Source: Lysobacterales bacterium (GTDB lineage: Bacteria > Pseudomonadota > Gammaproteobacteria > Xanthomonadales > SZUA-5). From it: a DNA stretch of 64,000 bases. Position 1 is the stretch's first letter. Every line of letters begins with the position of its first letter. A program made the position numbers and the translations under genes. The DNA lies in contig JALHMH010000004.1 of NCBI GenBank assembly GCA_022844165.1, forward strand, positions 1 through 64,000. The letters run 5' to 3'. This document shows positions 9,601 to 18,776 of the stretch, one piece after another. The notes below the pieces were generated by a model. The model saw only the letters and a list, made by a program, of their open reading frames with translations. It had not been told where the DNA came from and did not search any database.

Positions 9601-11605
9601 GGGCTATGACCACAAGAAAATGGGTATCACCGCCAAAGGCGGATGGGAGAGCGTCAAACGCCACTTTCGTACGCTCGGTAAGGACTGCCAAAGCGAAGAT
9701 TTCACCTGCGTTGGTATCGGTGACATGTCGGGGGATGTGTTCGGCAACGGCATGTTGTTGTCACGCAAAATTCGTTTGCTGGCCGCCTTCGATCATCGCC
9801 ACATCTTTTTCGATCCCGACCCAGACAGCGAAGCGAGTTTTATCGAACGCGAGCGTATGTTCGAATTGCCGCGCTCATCCTGGGCCGACTACGCAGCCGA
9901 TAAGATCAGCGCCGGCGGTGGTATTTATCCGCGCAGCGCCAAGTTCATTCCGATCACACCGGAAGTCAGAGCAGTGCTTGGCATCGAAGATGGCGTCGAG
10001 CAATTGACGCCCGTCGAGGCGATGCGCGCCATCCTTAAGGCACCGGTTGAGCTGTTGTGGAACGGCGGAATCGGCACTTACGTCAAGTCCACTGCGGAAA
10101 CACACGATCAGGTCGGCGATCGCGCCAACAACGGATTGCGCGTCAACGGTAACGAGTTGCGCTGCCGAATCATCGGCGAAGGCGGCAATCTCGGTTTGAC
10201 CCAACGCGGTCGCATCGAGTTCGCGCAGGCGGGCGGATTGCTCAATACCGACTTCATCGATAACTCGGCCGGCGTCGATACTTCCGATCACGAGGTCAAC
10301 ATCAAGATATTGCTCAACGCGATCGTGGCCAGCGGCGAAATGACGCTGACTCAGCGCGATGAGTTGTTGGTGCAGATGACCGACGAAGTCGCGGCCCTGG
10401 TACTTTTCGACAACTACCGCCAGAACCTGGCGATCAGCCTGATGCAGGCGCTCTCCGTACCGCGGCTCGGGTCGAAACAGCACTTCGTTCGAACATTAGA
10501 GCAGCAGTCGTTGCTTGATCGCGCGCTCGAGTATCTGCCGACCGACAAAGAATTCGAGGAGCGGAAGAGTAAAGGCCAGGGGCTGACGCGCCCCGAGCTT
10601 TCGATCTTGCTCTCTTATTCCAAGATGGTGTTGTACAACCAGTTGCTCGATTCTGATGTGCCGGAAGATCCCTATTTGTCGAAGGAGCTGCAGCTGTACT
10701 TCCCAACACCACTGCGCGAGCGCATGGCGTCGGCGATGGAGCAGCACCGGTTGCGCCGCGAAATTATCGCCACGCAAGTGACGAATTCGATCGTCAATCG
10801 TATGGGCTCGACTTTCATCCTGCGCACCAGCGAGGACACTGGCGAGGCACCGGCGCAGATTGCGAAGGCATTCACCATTGCGCGCGAAGTCGTGCGTGCG
10901 CGGGATTGGTGGGCCGAAATGGATCGTGCGATCCAAGTGCCCGAGAACGTTGCCATGGACGTCACACTTGGCATTTGGAACCTGCTGCGTAACCTGACAC
11001 GTTGGCTGTTGCAGTTGCCTGGCAACAAACTCGAGATTGCCGCTGAGGTCGGGCGTTTTGCGCCCGGATTCGAACAGCTCATCGGCGCGCTCGGCAGCGT
11101 ACTGCCGCAGAGCTATCGGGATGCCTATGCAGGCGAGGAACAGCGCCTGCTGGGTGCCGGGTATTCGACGGAAATGGCCTCCCGCATCAGCAAGCTGCCG
11201 GCGTTGAGTTCGTCTTTCGACGTGCTCGATCTGGCGCAGAGCGAAAAAGTGACGGTGGCCGACGCTGCAAGCGTGTATTTCGACATTGGCGATGCGCTGC
11301 ATTTGCGCTGGATCCAGGAGCAAATCGAGACTCTGCCAGTGAGCGGCCGTTGGCATGCGAATGCGCGCGGCGTTTTGCGCGACGAGCTTTTTGCGCAACG
11401 TCGCGCGCTCTCGGCGCAACTGCTCAAGCGACCGCTGCCGGCGAATGGCAGCCGTGTGCAGGCGTGGATGAGCGAGGCCTCAGGCCCACTGGCCAACACT
11501 CTGTCGATGTTGAATGAAATCAGCAGCCAGAAGTTACTCGACTACCCAACGATCTCGGTCGCCGTGCGGCGCCTGGGCATGTTAGTCGCGGCGGGGGCAC
11601 GGTGA
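6674..11605 (+). CDS. gdhB: large NAD-specific glutamate dehydrogenase
   Basis: about 1640 aa; [81 protein letters not shown]. Confidence 0.97.
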   Translation: [1643 protein letters not shown]

Positions 11606-11663
11606 TGTTTCGGGAATCGACTTGCAACCGGCCACCAACCATTCACTGTCAACGAAGCAAACA

Positions 11664-13019
11664 ATGCTCACAGCCCTAAGCCCACTGGACGGCCGCTATC
11701 AGCGGCAAACCGAACCGCTCCGGCCGATCTTCAGCGAAGCGGGGCTGATCCGGCGTCGCGTGCTGGTGGAGTTGCGCTGGCTGGAGGCGCTTGCCGCCGA
11801 GCCGAACATTGTCGAGGTGCCGGCGTTGTCGCCGGATGCGATCGCGTTTTTGCGCGGCAAGGCCGAAAACTTCTCCGAAGCCGACGCCGCGGCCGTCAAA
11901 GCGATCGAATCGACGACCAACCACGATGTCAAGGCCGTCGAATACTGGATCAAGCGTCAGCTCGGAGACCACAATGAGCTCAGGCATGTTGCCGAATTCG
12001 TGCACTTTGCCTGCACCAGCGAGGACATCAACAATCTGGCCTATGCGTTGATGCTGAAGGACGCGCGCGAAACGGTGCTGGTGGGTGCTTTGACGCGTGT
12101 GCTGATGGCCATGCGTGGCCTTTGCCAGGAGGCCGCCGAACTGCCGATGTTGAGCCGCACCCATGGGCAAACGGCTTCGCCTACCACCTTGGGCAAAGAG
12201 CTGCGCAATGTGATGGCGCGCATCGAGCGACAGTTTCGTCAGCTCGAAGCTCAGCCGCTGTTGGGAAAAATGAACGGCGCTGTCGGCAACTTCAACGCCC
12301 ACGTTGTTGCTTACCCTGAAGTGGAATGGCGTGCACTCGCGGCTGCGTTTGTCGAATCGCTGGGTCTGACGCACAACGCGCATACCACGCAGATCGAACC
12401 GCACGACTTTATCGCCGAATACTGCGATGTGCTGCGGCGCCTGGGTGTGGTGCTGATCGATTTTTGTCGCGATATCTGGGGTTATGTATCGCTTGGGTAC
12501 TTTCGTCAGCAACGTGTTTCCGGTGAAGTCGGCTCATCGACGATGCCGCACAAGATCAATCCGATCGACTTCGAAAACGCCGAAGGCAACTTTGGTCTGG
12601 CCAATGCACTGTTCGGACATTTTGCAGAAAAGTTGCCGATCAGCCGCTTCCAGCGCGACCTGACCGATTCCACAGTTTTGCGCAGTCTCGGCAGCGCGGT
12701 TGGGTACTTCTTGATCGGCTTAAGATCCTTGGAGCGGGGATTGGGCAAGTTAAAGGTCGATCCGGAACGTATTGCCGCTGATCTTGATGGCGCAACGGAG
12801 GTGCTGGCCGAAGCGGTGCAAACGGTGATGCGCCGTTACGGACTGCCAGAGCCCTACGAACAACTCAAAGCGCTGACTCGCGGCAACGCCATCGACGAAG
12901 CAGCGCTGCGGACATTTGTTGCAGGACTCGATTTGCCGGCGGATGCCAAACAGCGACTGCTGGCCTTGCGACCCGCTGACTACATCGGTCTTGCCGCAAG
13001 CCTGGCGCGCGCACCGTGA
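11664..13019 (+). CDS. purB: adenylosuccinate lyase
   Basis: ALSPLDGRY, TNHDVKAVEY, HFACTSEDINN, GSSTMPHKINPIDFENAEGN. Confidence 0.98.
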   Translation: MLTALSPLDGRYQRQTEPLRPIFSEAGLIRRRVLVELRWLEALAAEPNIVEVPALSPDAIAFLRGKAENFSEADAAAVKAIESTTNHDVKAVEYWIKRQLGDHNELRHVAEFVHFACTSEDINNLAYALMLKDARETVLVGALTRVLMAMRGLCQEAAELPMLSRTHGQTASPTTLGKELRNVMARIERQFRQLEAQPLLGKMNGAVGNFNAHVVAYPEVEWRALAAAFVESLGLTHNAHTTQIEPHDFIAEYCDVLRRLGVVLIDFCRDIWGYVSLGYFRQQRVSGEVGSSTMPHKINPIDFENAEGNFGLANALFGHFAEKLPISRFQRDLTDSTVLRSLGSAVGYFLIGLRSLERGLGKLKVDPERIAADLDGATEVLAEAVQTVMRRYGLPEPYEQLKALTRGNAIDEAALRTFVAGLDLPADAKQRLLALRPADYIGLAASLARAP

Positions 13020-14140
13020 AATGGCCCATTGAGATCGACGCGCGAGGCCAGACCTTGGGCATGCCGGCCGCCCGTTTCTTGAAGCGTTATTGGCAAAAGC
13101 AGCCGCTGTTGATCCGCAACGCTTTCGTCGACTTCGATTGCCCGATTTCGCCAAATGATCTTGCCGGCCTGGCCACGCTGGCCACGGCGCCCTCGCGTTT
13201 GGTGCGTTACACCCGAAAGACCGATCGCTGGTCCGTGGCGAGTGGCCCCTTTGCCGACGATTCGTTCGCCCGGTTGGGCCGCCGCGACTGGACGCTCCTG
13301 GTTCAGGACGTGGACAAGTTCGATGACGATGTGCGTGCTTTGCTGGCGCACTTTCGGTTTGTGCCCAGCTGGCGGCTCGACGATGTGATGATTTCCTACG
13401 CCGTACCGGGTGGTTCGGTCGGCGCGCACATCGATCGCTACGATGTTTTTCTGCTGCAAGGGCAGGGCACTCGTCGTTGGGAAATCGATGTCTCGCCAAA
13501 TCCGGACGAGCGCTTTCGCGACGATGCGCCGATCAAACTGCTGCAACGATTCGAATCGACTCACGCCTTCGATGTTCGTCCTGGCGATATGTTGTACCTG
13601 CCACCGAACGTGCCGCACTTTGGTGTCGCACTCGACGAATGCCTGACGATTTCGGTCGGTATGCGGGCACCGGGCGGCGCTGAACTGTTGGCCGCACTTG
13701 GCGCGGAGTTATTGCAAGGAAACGATGCGCTTCGGTATAGCGATGCAGATTTGATCGAGCGGGAATCGCCGGGCGAAGTCGACAACAGCGATGTGCGCCG
13801 GTTGCGCGATTCGCTGGTTCGCACACTGGCGTTGGACGACGATGCACTGGGCGATTTTTTCGCCCGGTTCTTGTCTCAATATCGCCAAAACGTCGTTCCA
13901 AAGGTGCGGCGCACAGCACCGCGTTGGACATCGCAGCAGCATCTGCTGCCAGCGATTCGACTTAGCTGGCGACGGTCGACGCAGGGCGTTTATCTATACG
14001 GTAACGGACAAGCCATCGCCTGCAGCGAGCGCGTGGCGCGCACTGCGTGCGGCGAAACGGACCTGTCGTGGGTGGCCGCAGCCACAGCCGACGAACAGTC
14101 GGCACTCAGCGAGTGTTGGAAACGCGGCTGGGTGCGCTAA
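13016..14140 (+). CDS. roxA: JmjC/cupin ribosomal protein uL16 arginine hydroxylase (YcfD/RoxA family)
   Basis: YWQKQPLLIR, WTLLVQDVD, WRLDDVMISYA..GSVGAHIDRYDVFLLQ, PGDMLYLPP..H. Confidence 0.88.
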   Translation: MKWPIEIDARGQTLGMPAARFLKRYWQKQPLLIRNAFVDFDCPISPNDLAGLATLATAPSRLVRYTRKTDRWSVASGPFADDSFARLGRRDWTLLVQDVDKFDDDVRALLAHFRFVPSWRLDDVMISYAVPGGSVGAHIDRYDVFLLQGQGTRRWEIDVSPNPDERFRDDAPIKLLQRFESTHAFDVRPGDMLYLPPNVPHFGVALDECLTISVGMRAPGGAELLAALGAELLQGNDALRYSDADLIERESPGEVDNSDVRRLRDSLVRTLALDDDALGDFFARFLSQYRQNVVPKVRRTAPRWTSQQHLLPAIRLSWRRSTQGVYLYGNGQAIACSERVARTACGETDLSWVAAATADEQSALSECWKRGWVR

Positions 14141-14610
14141 CTCAATTGCGCGTGGGCGCTGCCGATTGCGCTTGCACGGCAATTGCCAGACTCGCGGAGC
14201 AGCCGCAAATTGATCAGATGCGCTGCCGCAACTGTGAGCCCACCGCAGACTTGCAGCGTCACATGCAGCCAGGCGAGGTGATGCCAGTGACCAAAGGCGC
14301 CGATCAACAACATCAGAACGCCGGCCCCGCCAACCAACAGCGCGCTGCCACGGCGATGTTTGGAGAACCCGATGCTCAGCACCGTCAGTGCGAAGATTGC
14401 CACACCACTGGCCATCATGCGCTCAGCGCTATGCGACCAAAGCAGCCACTGCGCAAGGCCGTGCCACTCGTGATTCACCGAGCGCAGTGCCAGTTGCAGG
14501 CCCGGCAAAAAAGCGAAGGCCAGTGGCAGCAGTGCACAATGGACGGCACAAGCGAACGACGCCCCGGCTCCCAGGCCATCCCAGCTCAGCGCAGTACGAT
14601 GTAAGCGCAT
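14137..14610 (-). CDS. MerC-domain membrane protein
   Basis: DGLGAGASFACAVHCALLP signature, four TM segments, AAHLIN near the end. Confidence 0.85.
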   Translation of the reverse strand: MRLHRTALSWDGLGAGASFACAVHCALLPLAFAFLPGLQLALRSVNHEWHGLAQWLLWSHSAERMMASGVAIFALTVLSIGFSKHRRGSALLVGGAGVLMLLIGAFGHWHHLAWLHVTLQVCGGLTVAAAHLINLRLLRESGNCRASAIGSAHAQLS

Positions 14611-14653
14611 TGTGAACCTCAGGAAGTGATACCGACGCCGAGTCGACCATTCG

Positions 14654-14681
14654 GCACTGCGTAACACTATAACATTAGTGC
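14654..14681. promoter_or_regulatory. putative Zur (zinc uptake regulator) box
   Basis: CGTAACACTATAACATT (reverse AATGTTATAGTGTTACG) resembles AATGTTATA-n-TATAACATT; lies between divergent merC-like and zrgA-like genes. Confidence 0.7.
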
Positions 14682-14704
14682 CCTTCCAACGTCGGAGTTT
14701 CCCA

Positions 14705-15253
14705 ATGCGAGTTGTTGCGTTATTCAGCCTGATCGCCGTATCGCCGGTTGCGCACACACAATCGGACAACCTCGCCGCGCACGTCCACGGTGCGGCGAAC
14801 GCGCAGCTCACGTTCGACGGCAGCGATGTCCAGATGGTTCTGACGGTACCGATGATCGACGTCGCGGGCTTCGAAGGAAACGCTGATACCGACGAGCGTA
14901 AGGCCAGACTGGATGCCGGGTTGCGCGCGCTGGAGGCTGTTGCACGGGCAGCACGGTTTGCCGGCGGCGAGTGCACCTCGCGCACGGCGCAGGCTGCGAG
15001 TCAGGGCGACGAGCACGCGGATGAGCATGAACACGACCATGATCACGATCACGATCACGGACACGCTGAGGAGCACGCGCACAGCGATGCGATGCTCAAA
15101 GCCGCCTGGACGTGCTCTGGCGACATCCGCGCATTGACGTTCGATCCGTGGCAATCTTTCCCGACCTTAGAGACGGTGTCGTTCGAGTGGATCAAAGCGG
15201 ATGGTCAGGGTTCGGCAAAGTTGGCGCGCGGAACGACCGATCTGCCGCTGTGA
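14705..15253 (+). CDS. zrgA: ZrgA/DUF2796 periplasmic zinc-binding protein
   Basis: signal peptide, AHVHG motif, GFE, His/Asp-rich tract HEHDHDHDHDHGH..HSD. Confidence 0.85.
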   Translation: MRVVALFSLIAVSPVAHTQSDNLAAHVHGAANAQLTFDGSDVQMVLTVPMIDVAGFEGNADTDERKARLDAGLRALEAVARAARFAGGECTSRTAQAASQGDEHADEHEHDHDHDHDHGHAEEHAHSDAMLKAAWTCSGDIRALTFDPWQSFPTLETVSFEWIKADGQGSAKLARGTTDLPL

Positions 15254-15936
15254 GCGAGGCCTTGATCGAGCTTCGCGAGCTCAAATTCGGCTGGGCCAAG
15301 GATCGCGTCGATCTCGATATTCCGGCTCTCGATGTGGCCTGCGGCGGACGCGTGTTCGTGCGTGGGCCCAGCGGCAGCGGCAAGAGTACGTTGCTGTCGT
15401 TGCTGGCGGGCGTGGTGGTCGCGCGCTCCGGCTCCGTGCGCTTGCTCGGGCAGGCGATGGAAGCATTGAGTGGTTCGGCGCGCGACCGTTTCCGTGCCGA
15501 ACACATCGGTTATGTGTTCCAGCAGTTCAACCTGCTGCCATATTTGAGCGCCGTCGATAATGTGCTGCTCGGGTTGCGTTTTTCGCGGCGGCGGGCTGCC
15601 GGTATCGTTGATCGAGCCGCCGCAGCGTACGAGCTTCTGCAACGGCTTGGATTGGATCTGGCCCACGCTCAGGCCTTGGCAGGCGCGTTGAGTGTTGGCC
15701 AGCAGCAGCGTGTTGCCGCGGCGCGCGCGTTGATTGGTGCGCCGGCGTTGATCATCGCCGATGAGCCGACATCAGCCCTCGATGCCGATACGCGCGATCA
15801 GTTCCTGTCGCTGCTGCTCGACGCCAGCACCGCGGCGGGCAGCGCGGTGTTGTTTGTGAGCCACGATTCGAGTCTGGCAAGCCATTTCGATCAGAGCTGG
15901 GATTTGAATCTTCTCAATCGCGCGAGGGCGCACTGA
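15250..15936 (+). CDS. ABC transporter ATP-binding protein (ZrgB-like)
   Basis: GPSGSGKST, FQQFNLL, LSVGQQQRVA, ADEPTSALD, VSHD. Confidence 0.93.
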   Translation: MSEALIELRELKFGWAKDRVDLDIPALDVACGGRVFVRGPSGSGKSTLLSLLAGVVVARSGSVRLLGQAMEALSGSARDRFRAEHIGYVFQQFNLLPYLSAVDNVLLGLRFSRRRAAGIVDRAAAAYELLQRLGLDLAHAQALAGALSVGQQQRVAAARALIGAPALIIADEPTSALDADTRDQFLSLLLDASTAAGSAVLFVSHDSSLASHFDQSWDLNLLNRARAH

Positions 15937-17192
15937 TGCTGGCCAGGATCGCGCGGTCCAGTTTGAAAAGCCGACGGGTCTCGGCGTTATTGACGCTGCT
16001 CACCATTGCCGTCAGCGTGGCGTTGTTGCTGGCCGTCGAGCGAATTCGGGTGGAAACGCGGAACAGTTTTTCCAGCACGATTTCGGGCACCGATTTGATT
16101 GTCGGTGCGCGTACCGGGCCTGTGCAGCTGTTGTTGTATTCGGTATTTCGCATCGGCGATGCAACCAACAACATTCGCTACGCGAGCTATCAGGAGATCG
16201 CCCAACATCCGCAGGTGGCTTTCGCGATTCCCATCTCTCTGGGCGACTCGCATCGCGGATTTCGTGTGATCGGCACCACGTCGGCGTACTTCGAGCATTT
16301 CCGCTTTGGCGACAAGCGGTCGCTGGCTTTCGCCCAGGGTGCGCCATTCGCCGATCTGTACGATGCCGTGCTCGGCGCCGAAGTGGCGCAAGAACTGGGT
16401 TACACGCTGGATCAGCAGATCGTCATTGCGCATGGCACCGGGCGCGCCGACATCATGCGCCATGACGACAAGCCGTTTCGTATCGTCGGCATTCTGGCGC
16501 GCACCGGAACGCCAGTCGATCGCAGTGTGCATGTCAGTCTGGAAGCCATCGAAGCGATCCACGTTGACTGGCAGTCGGGCGCACGCCTGCCGGGCCGCAT
16601 GATCGACGCGCAGGCTGCGCGTGCAATGGACCTCACGCCCAAAGCGGTGACGGCGGTGTTTGTTGGTCTGCGCTCGCGAATGGCGGCATTTTCGATCCAG
16701 CGCCAGATCAACGAGTTTCGCGGCGAACCGCTGCTCGCGATTATGCCTGGCATCACCCTGACCCAACTGTGGAGTCTGATCGGCGTCGCCGAGAACGCGC
16801 TGCTGTTGGTGGCCATTTGTGTGGTGATTGCCGGCATTCTTGGCATGGTGACAGCGCTGGTGACCACGTTGAACGAGCGACGGCGGGAAATGGCAATACT
16901 GCGTGCTTTGGGCGCCCGGCCATGGCACATCGGTTTGCTGCTGGTGCTGGAGGCCACATTGCTCAGCGCGGTTGGTGCGTTGCTGGGTTGGTTGTTGCTC
17001 GCACTGGCGATGTTGGCTTTGGCGCCGTGGTTAGCCAGTGCCTACGGCTTGTTCATTCAACCCCTGGCGATCGTACCTCGTGAACTATTGCTCGTCGGCG
17101 CGGTCGTCGCTTCAGGTATTCTCGCCGGATTGATTCCCGCTCTGATGGCCTATTCCCGCTCGTTGAGCGATGGCCTCAGTATTCGCGTCTAG
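15936..17192 (+). CDS. ABC transporter permease, MacB/FtsX type (ZrgC-like)
   Basis: GTDLIVGAR, IPISLGDSHRGFRVIGT, ERRREMAILRALGA; one N-terminal and three C-terminal TM segments. Confidence 0.93.
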   Translation: MLARIARSSLKSRRVSALLTLLTIAVSVALLLAVERIRVETRNSFSSTISGTDLIVGARTGPVQLLLYSVFRIGDATNNIRYASYQEIAQHPQVAFAIPISLGDSHRGFRVIGTTSAYFEHFRFGDKRSLAFAQGAPFADLYDAVLGAEVAQELGYTLDQQIVIAHGTGRADIMRHDDKPFRIVGILARTGTPVDRSVHVSLEAIEAIHVDWQSGARLPGRMIDAQAARAMDLTPKAVTAVFVGLRSRMAAFSIQRQINEFRGEPLLAIMPGITLTQLWSLIGVAENALLLVAICVVIAGILGMVTALVTTLNERRREMAILRALGARPWHIGLLLVLEATLLSAVGALLGWLLLALAMLALAPWLASAYGLFIQPLAIVPRELLLVGAVVASGILAGLIPALMAYSRSLSDGLSIRV

Positions 17193-17329
17193 CAGGCTGT
17201 TGGGAAACAGCCTGCGGGCGCGAACCATGGGTCGAGCACGTAGGTGCTTGATCCATGCAGAGCGAGTCCGGACATGTGTCGGACTCGCGACTTGAGAAAT
17301 GCACAGGAAGTGCGTTTCTCAACAACGAG
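17193..17329. mobile_element. MITE family A, copy 2 (inverted relative to 4509-4660)
   Basis: starts CAGGCTGTTGGGAAAC right after CTAG (permease stop), ends GTTTCTCAACAACGAG before CTGG. Confidence 0.75.
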
Positions 17330-17333
17330 CTGG

Positions 17334-17489
17334 TGTGGTGTGTCATAAATAAGTTGAAGAAAATTCCGATGGATTTCGTCGCCAGGCAAGGCGCGGGAAG
17401 AAGGAATAGCGCTTCTATTGCGACGACGAGCAACGCAGCATGGCGGCGAAAGACGCGGAACTGGTTCAGGGTATTTATGACACACCACA
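17334..17489. mobile_element. MITE family D, copy 1
   Basis: perfect 18-bp TIR TGTGGTGTGTCATAAATA/TATTTATGACACACCACA; bounded by CTGG and CTAA; folds as one long hairpin. Confidence 0.8.
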
Positions 17490-17493
17490 CTAA

Positions 17494-17724
17494 CGAGGCT
17501 CCGCCTCAGACCGCCGAGCATTGTTGGCTTCGTTCAGCAGTGTACTTGCCACAACCCGCGCTTCGTGTTTCTGGCCCAGCGGCGCAGCCGCCGGGCGTTC
17601 GACTCGACACACGCCTGCGGCGTGTCAGCGTCGAGTCTCACCCCCTTAACTTAAGGGGCTGCAAAAGCCAAAGCCGCTCCTAAGAATCAGACTGAAATGA
17701 CAAGATCCAGCTTCATCAAGGACT
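17494..17724. repeat. MITE-like family B, copy 1
   Basis: CGAGGCTCCGCCTCAGACC...TCAAGGACT bounded by CTAA on both sides; homologous to 17729-17862 and 20661-20896. Confidence 0.75.
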
Positions 17725-17728
17725 CTAA

Positions 17729-17862
17729 CGAGGCTTCGCCTCAGACCGACGAGCATTGCTGGCTTCGTCCGACAGCGTACTCGCCACAACCCCGCACTCC
17801 GCATTTCCGGCCCAGCGGCGCACATTTGACGCATGTGTCGAGATCCGCCTCCGTCAAGGACT
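17729..17862. repeat. MITE-like family B, copy 2 (internally deleted)
   Basis: same ends as copy 1 but lacks the central hairpins; bounded by CTAA and CTGG. Confidence 0.75.
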
Positions 17863-17885
17863 CTGGCTGCAATCGAAGAGTATCC

Positions 17886-18365
17886 ATGCGCATCGTCGTT
17901 CTTACGCTGTTGTTCGTCTTGCTGGCGACTCCCGCGATGGCCGAAGGGCCGCGCGAATTGGATTGGTTGGAGATGATGCCGAAGGACGAAGTCGACGCGC
18001 TGATGAACCAGTCCAGCATCGAGCATTCGGGCATGTTCAAGCCTGAGCAGGCGGGGAGCTTTAACGTCATCGCCGAACTGGACAATCAGCACGTCAAGAT
18101 CGCCGGATACATTGTGCCGTTGGAAGTCGATGGCAAAAATCAGATGAGCGAGTTTTTCATCGTCCCGTATTTTGGCGCCTGCATCCATGTGCCGCCGCCG
18201 CCGCCGAATCAGATTGTGCTGGCGCGCCTGAAAGACCCGATTCCAGTGACGGAGATCTACGATGCGTTCTGGATCGAAGGCACGCTCAATGTTGAGACGA
18301 TCCACAACGACATTGCATCGGCTGCGTACACGCTGGATGTTCAGAGCGTGAAACTCTGGGAATAG
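17886..18365 (+). CDS. DUF3299 family protein (ZrgD-like)
   Basis: signal peptide; GYIVPLE, EFFIVPYFGACIHVPPPPPNQIV signature. Confidence 0.92.
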   Translation: MRIVVLTLLFVLLATPAMAEGPRELDWLEMMPKDEVDALMNQSSIEHSGMFKPEQAGSFNVIAELDNQHVKIAGYIVPLEVDGKNQMSEFFIVPYFGACIHVPPPPPNQIVLARLKDPIPVTEIYDAFWIEGTLNVETIHNDIASAAYTLDVQSVKLWE

Positions 18366-18776
18366 TGTGAACAAGTCGCCTCACGCGCTGCATGGCGCGT
18401 GACATCGAGCGCCGCGATCTCGTACACTTGTCGTGTCCGCGCGCTGATTCGAGCGCTGCTCCGGTTTTTCTGGTTCGCCTGTTGTGCGCCCAACGCGTCA
18501 CCGCAAGGGGAGTGCCAGAGATCGTTTGCCGGTGCAAGCGGCCCGCGACCTGGTCGATGCATAGGTCGCAATAGAGCAGATCGAATAACTGTAGCGAGCA
18601 GGTTGAGCGCACCGCGCCGGAACTGCAGTGAACCGTGGCGTTCACGAACTTTCCAGGCACAAAGTCATGCAGCGATCGAACCGCGCAACAGGTTAGTCGG
18701 AATGCTCGAAAGGGGCATCTGTAGAGCGAGAAGCTCCAGAGGCCGATCCGTTAATCGCAATTGAGAGCACGATTTG

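Noticed and set aside
15008-15085. CACGAT-type short tandem repeat
   Set aside because: It encodes the His/Asp metal-binding tract of ZrgA.
17189-17885. ORFs across the MITE stack and the upstream extension of the DUF3299 ORF to 17697
   Set aside because: They are translations of repeat DNA; the signal peptide supports a start at 17886.
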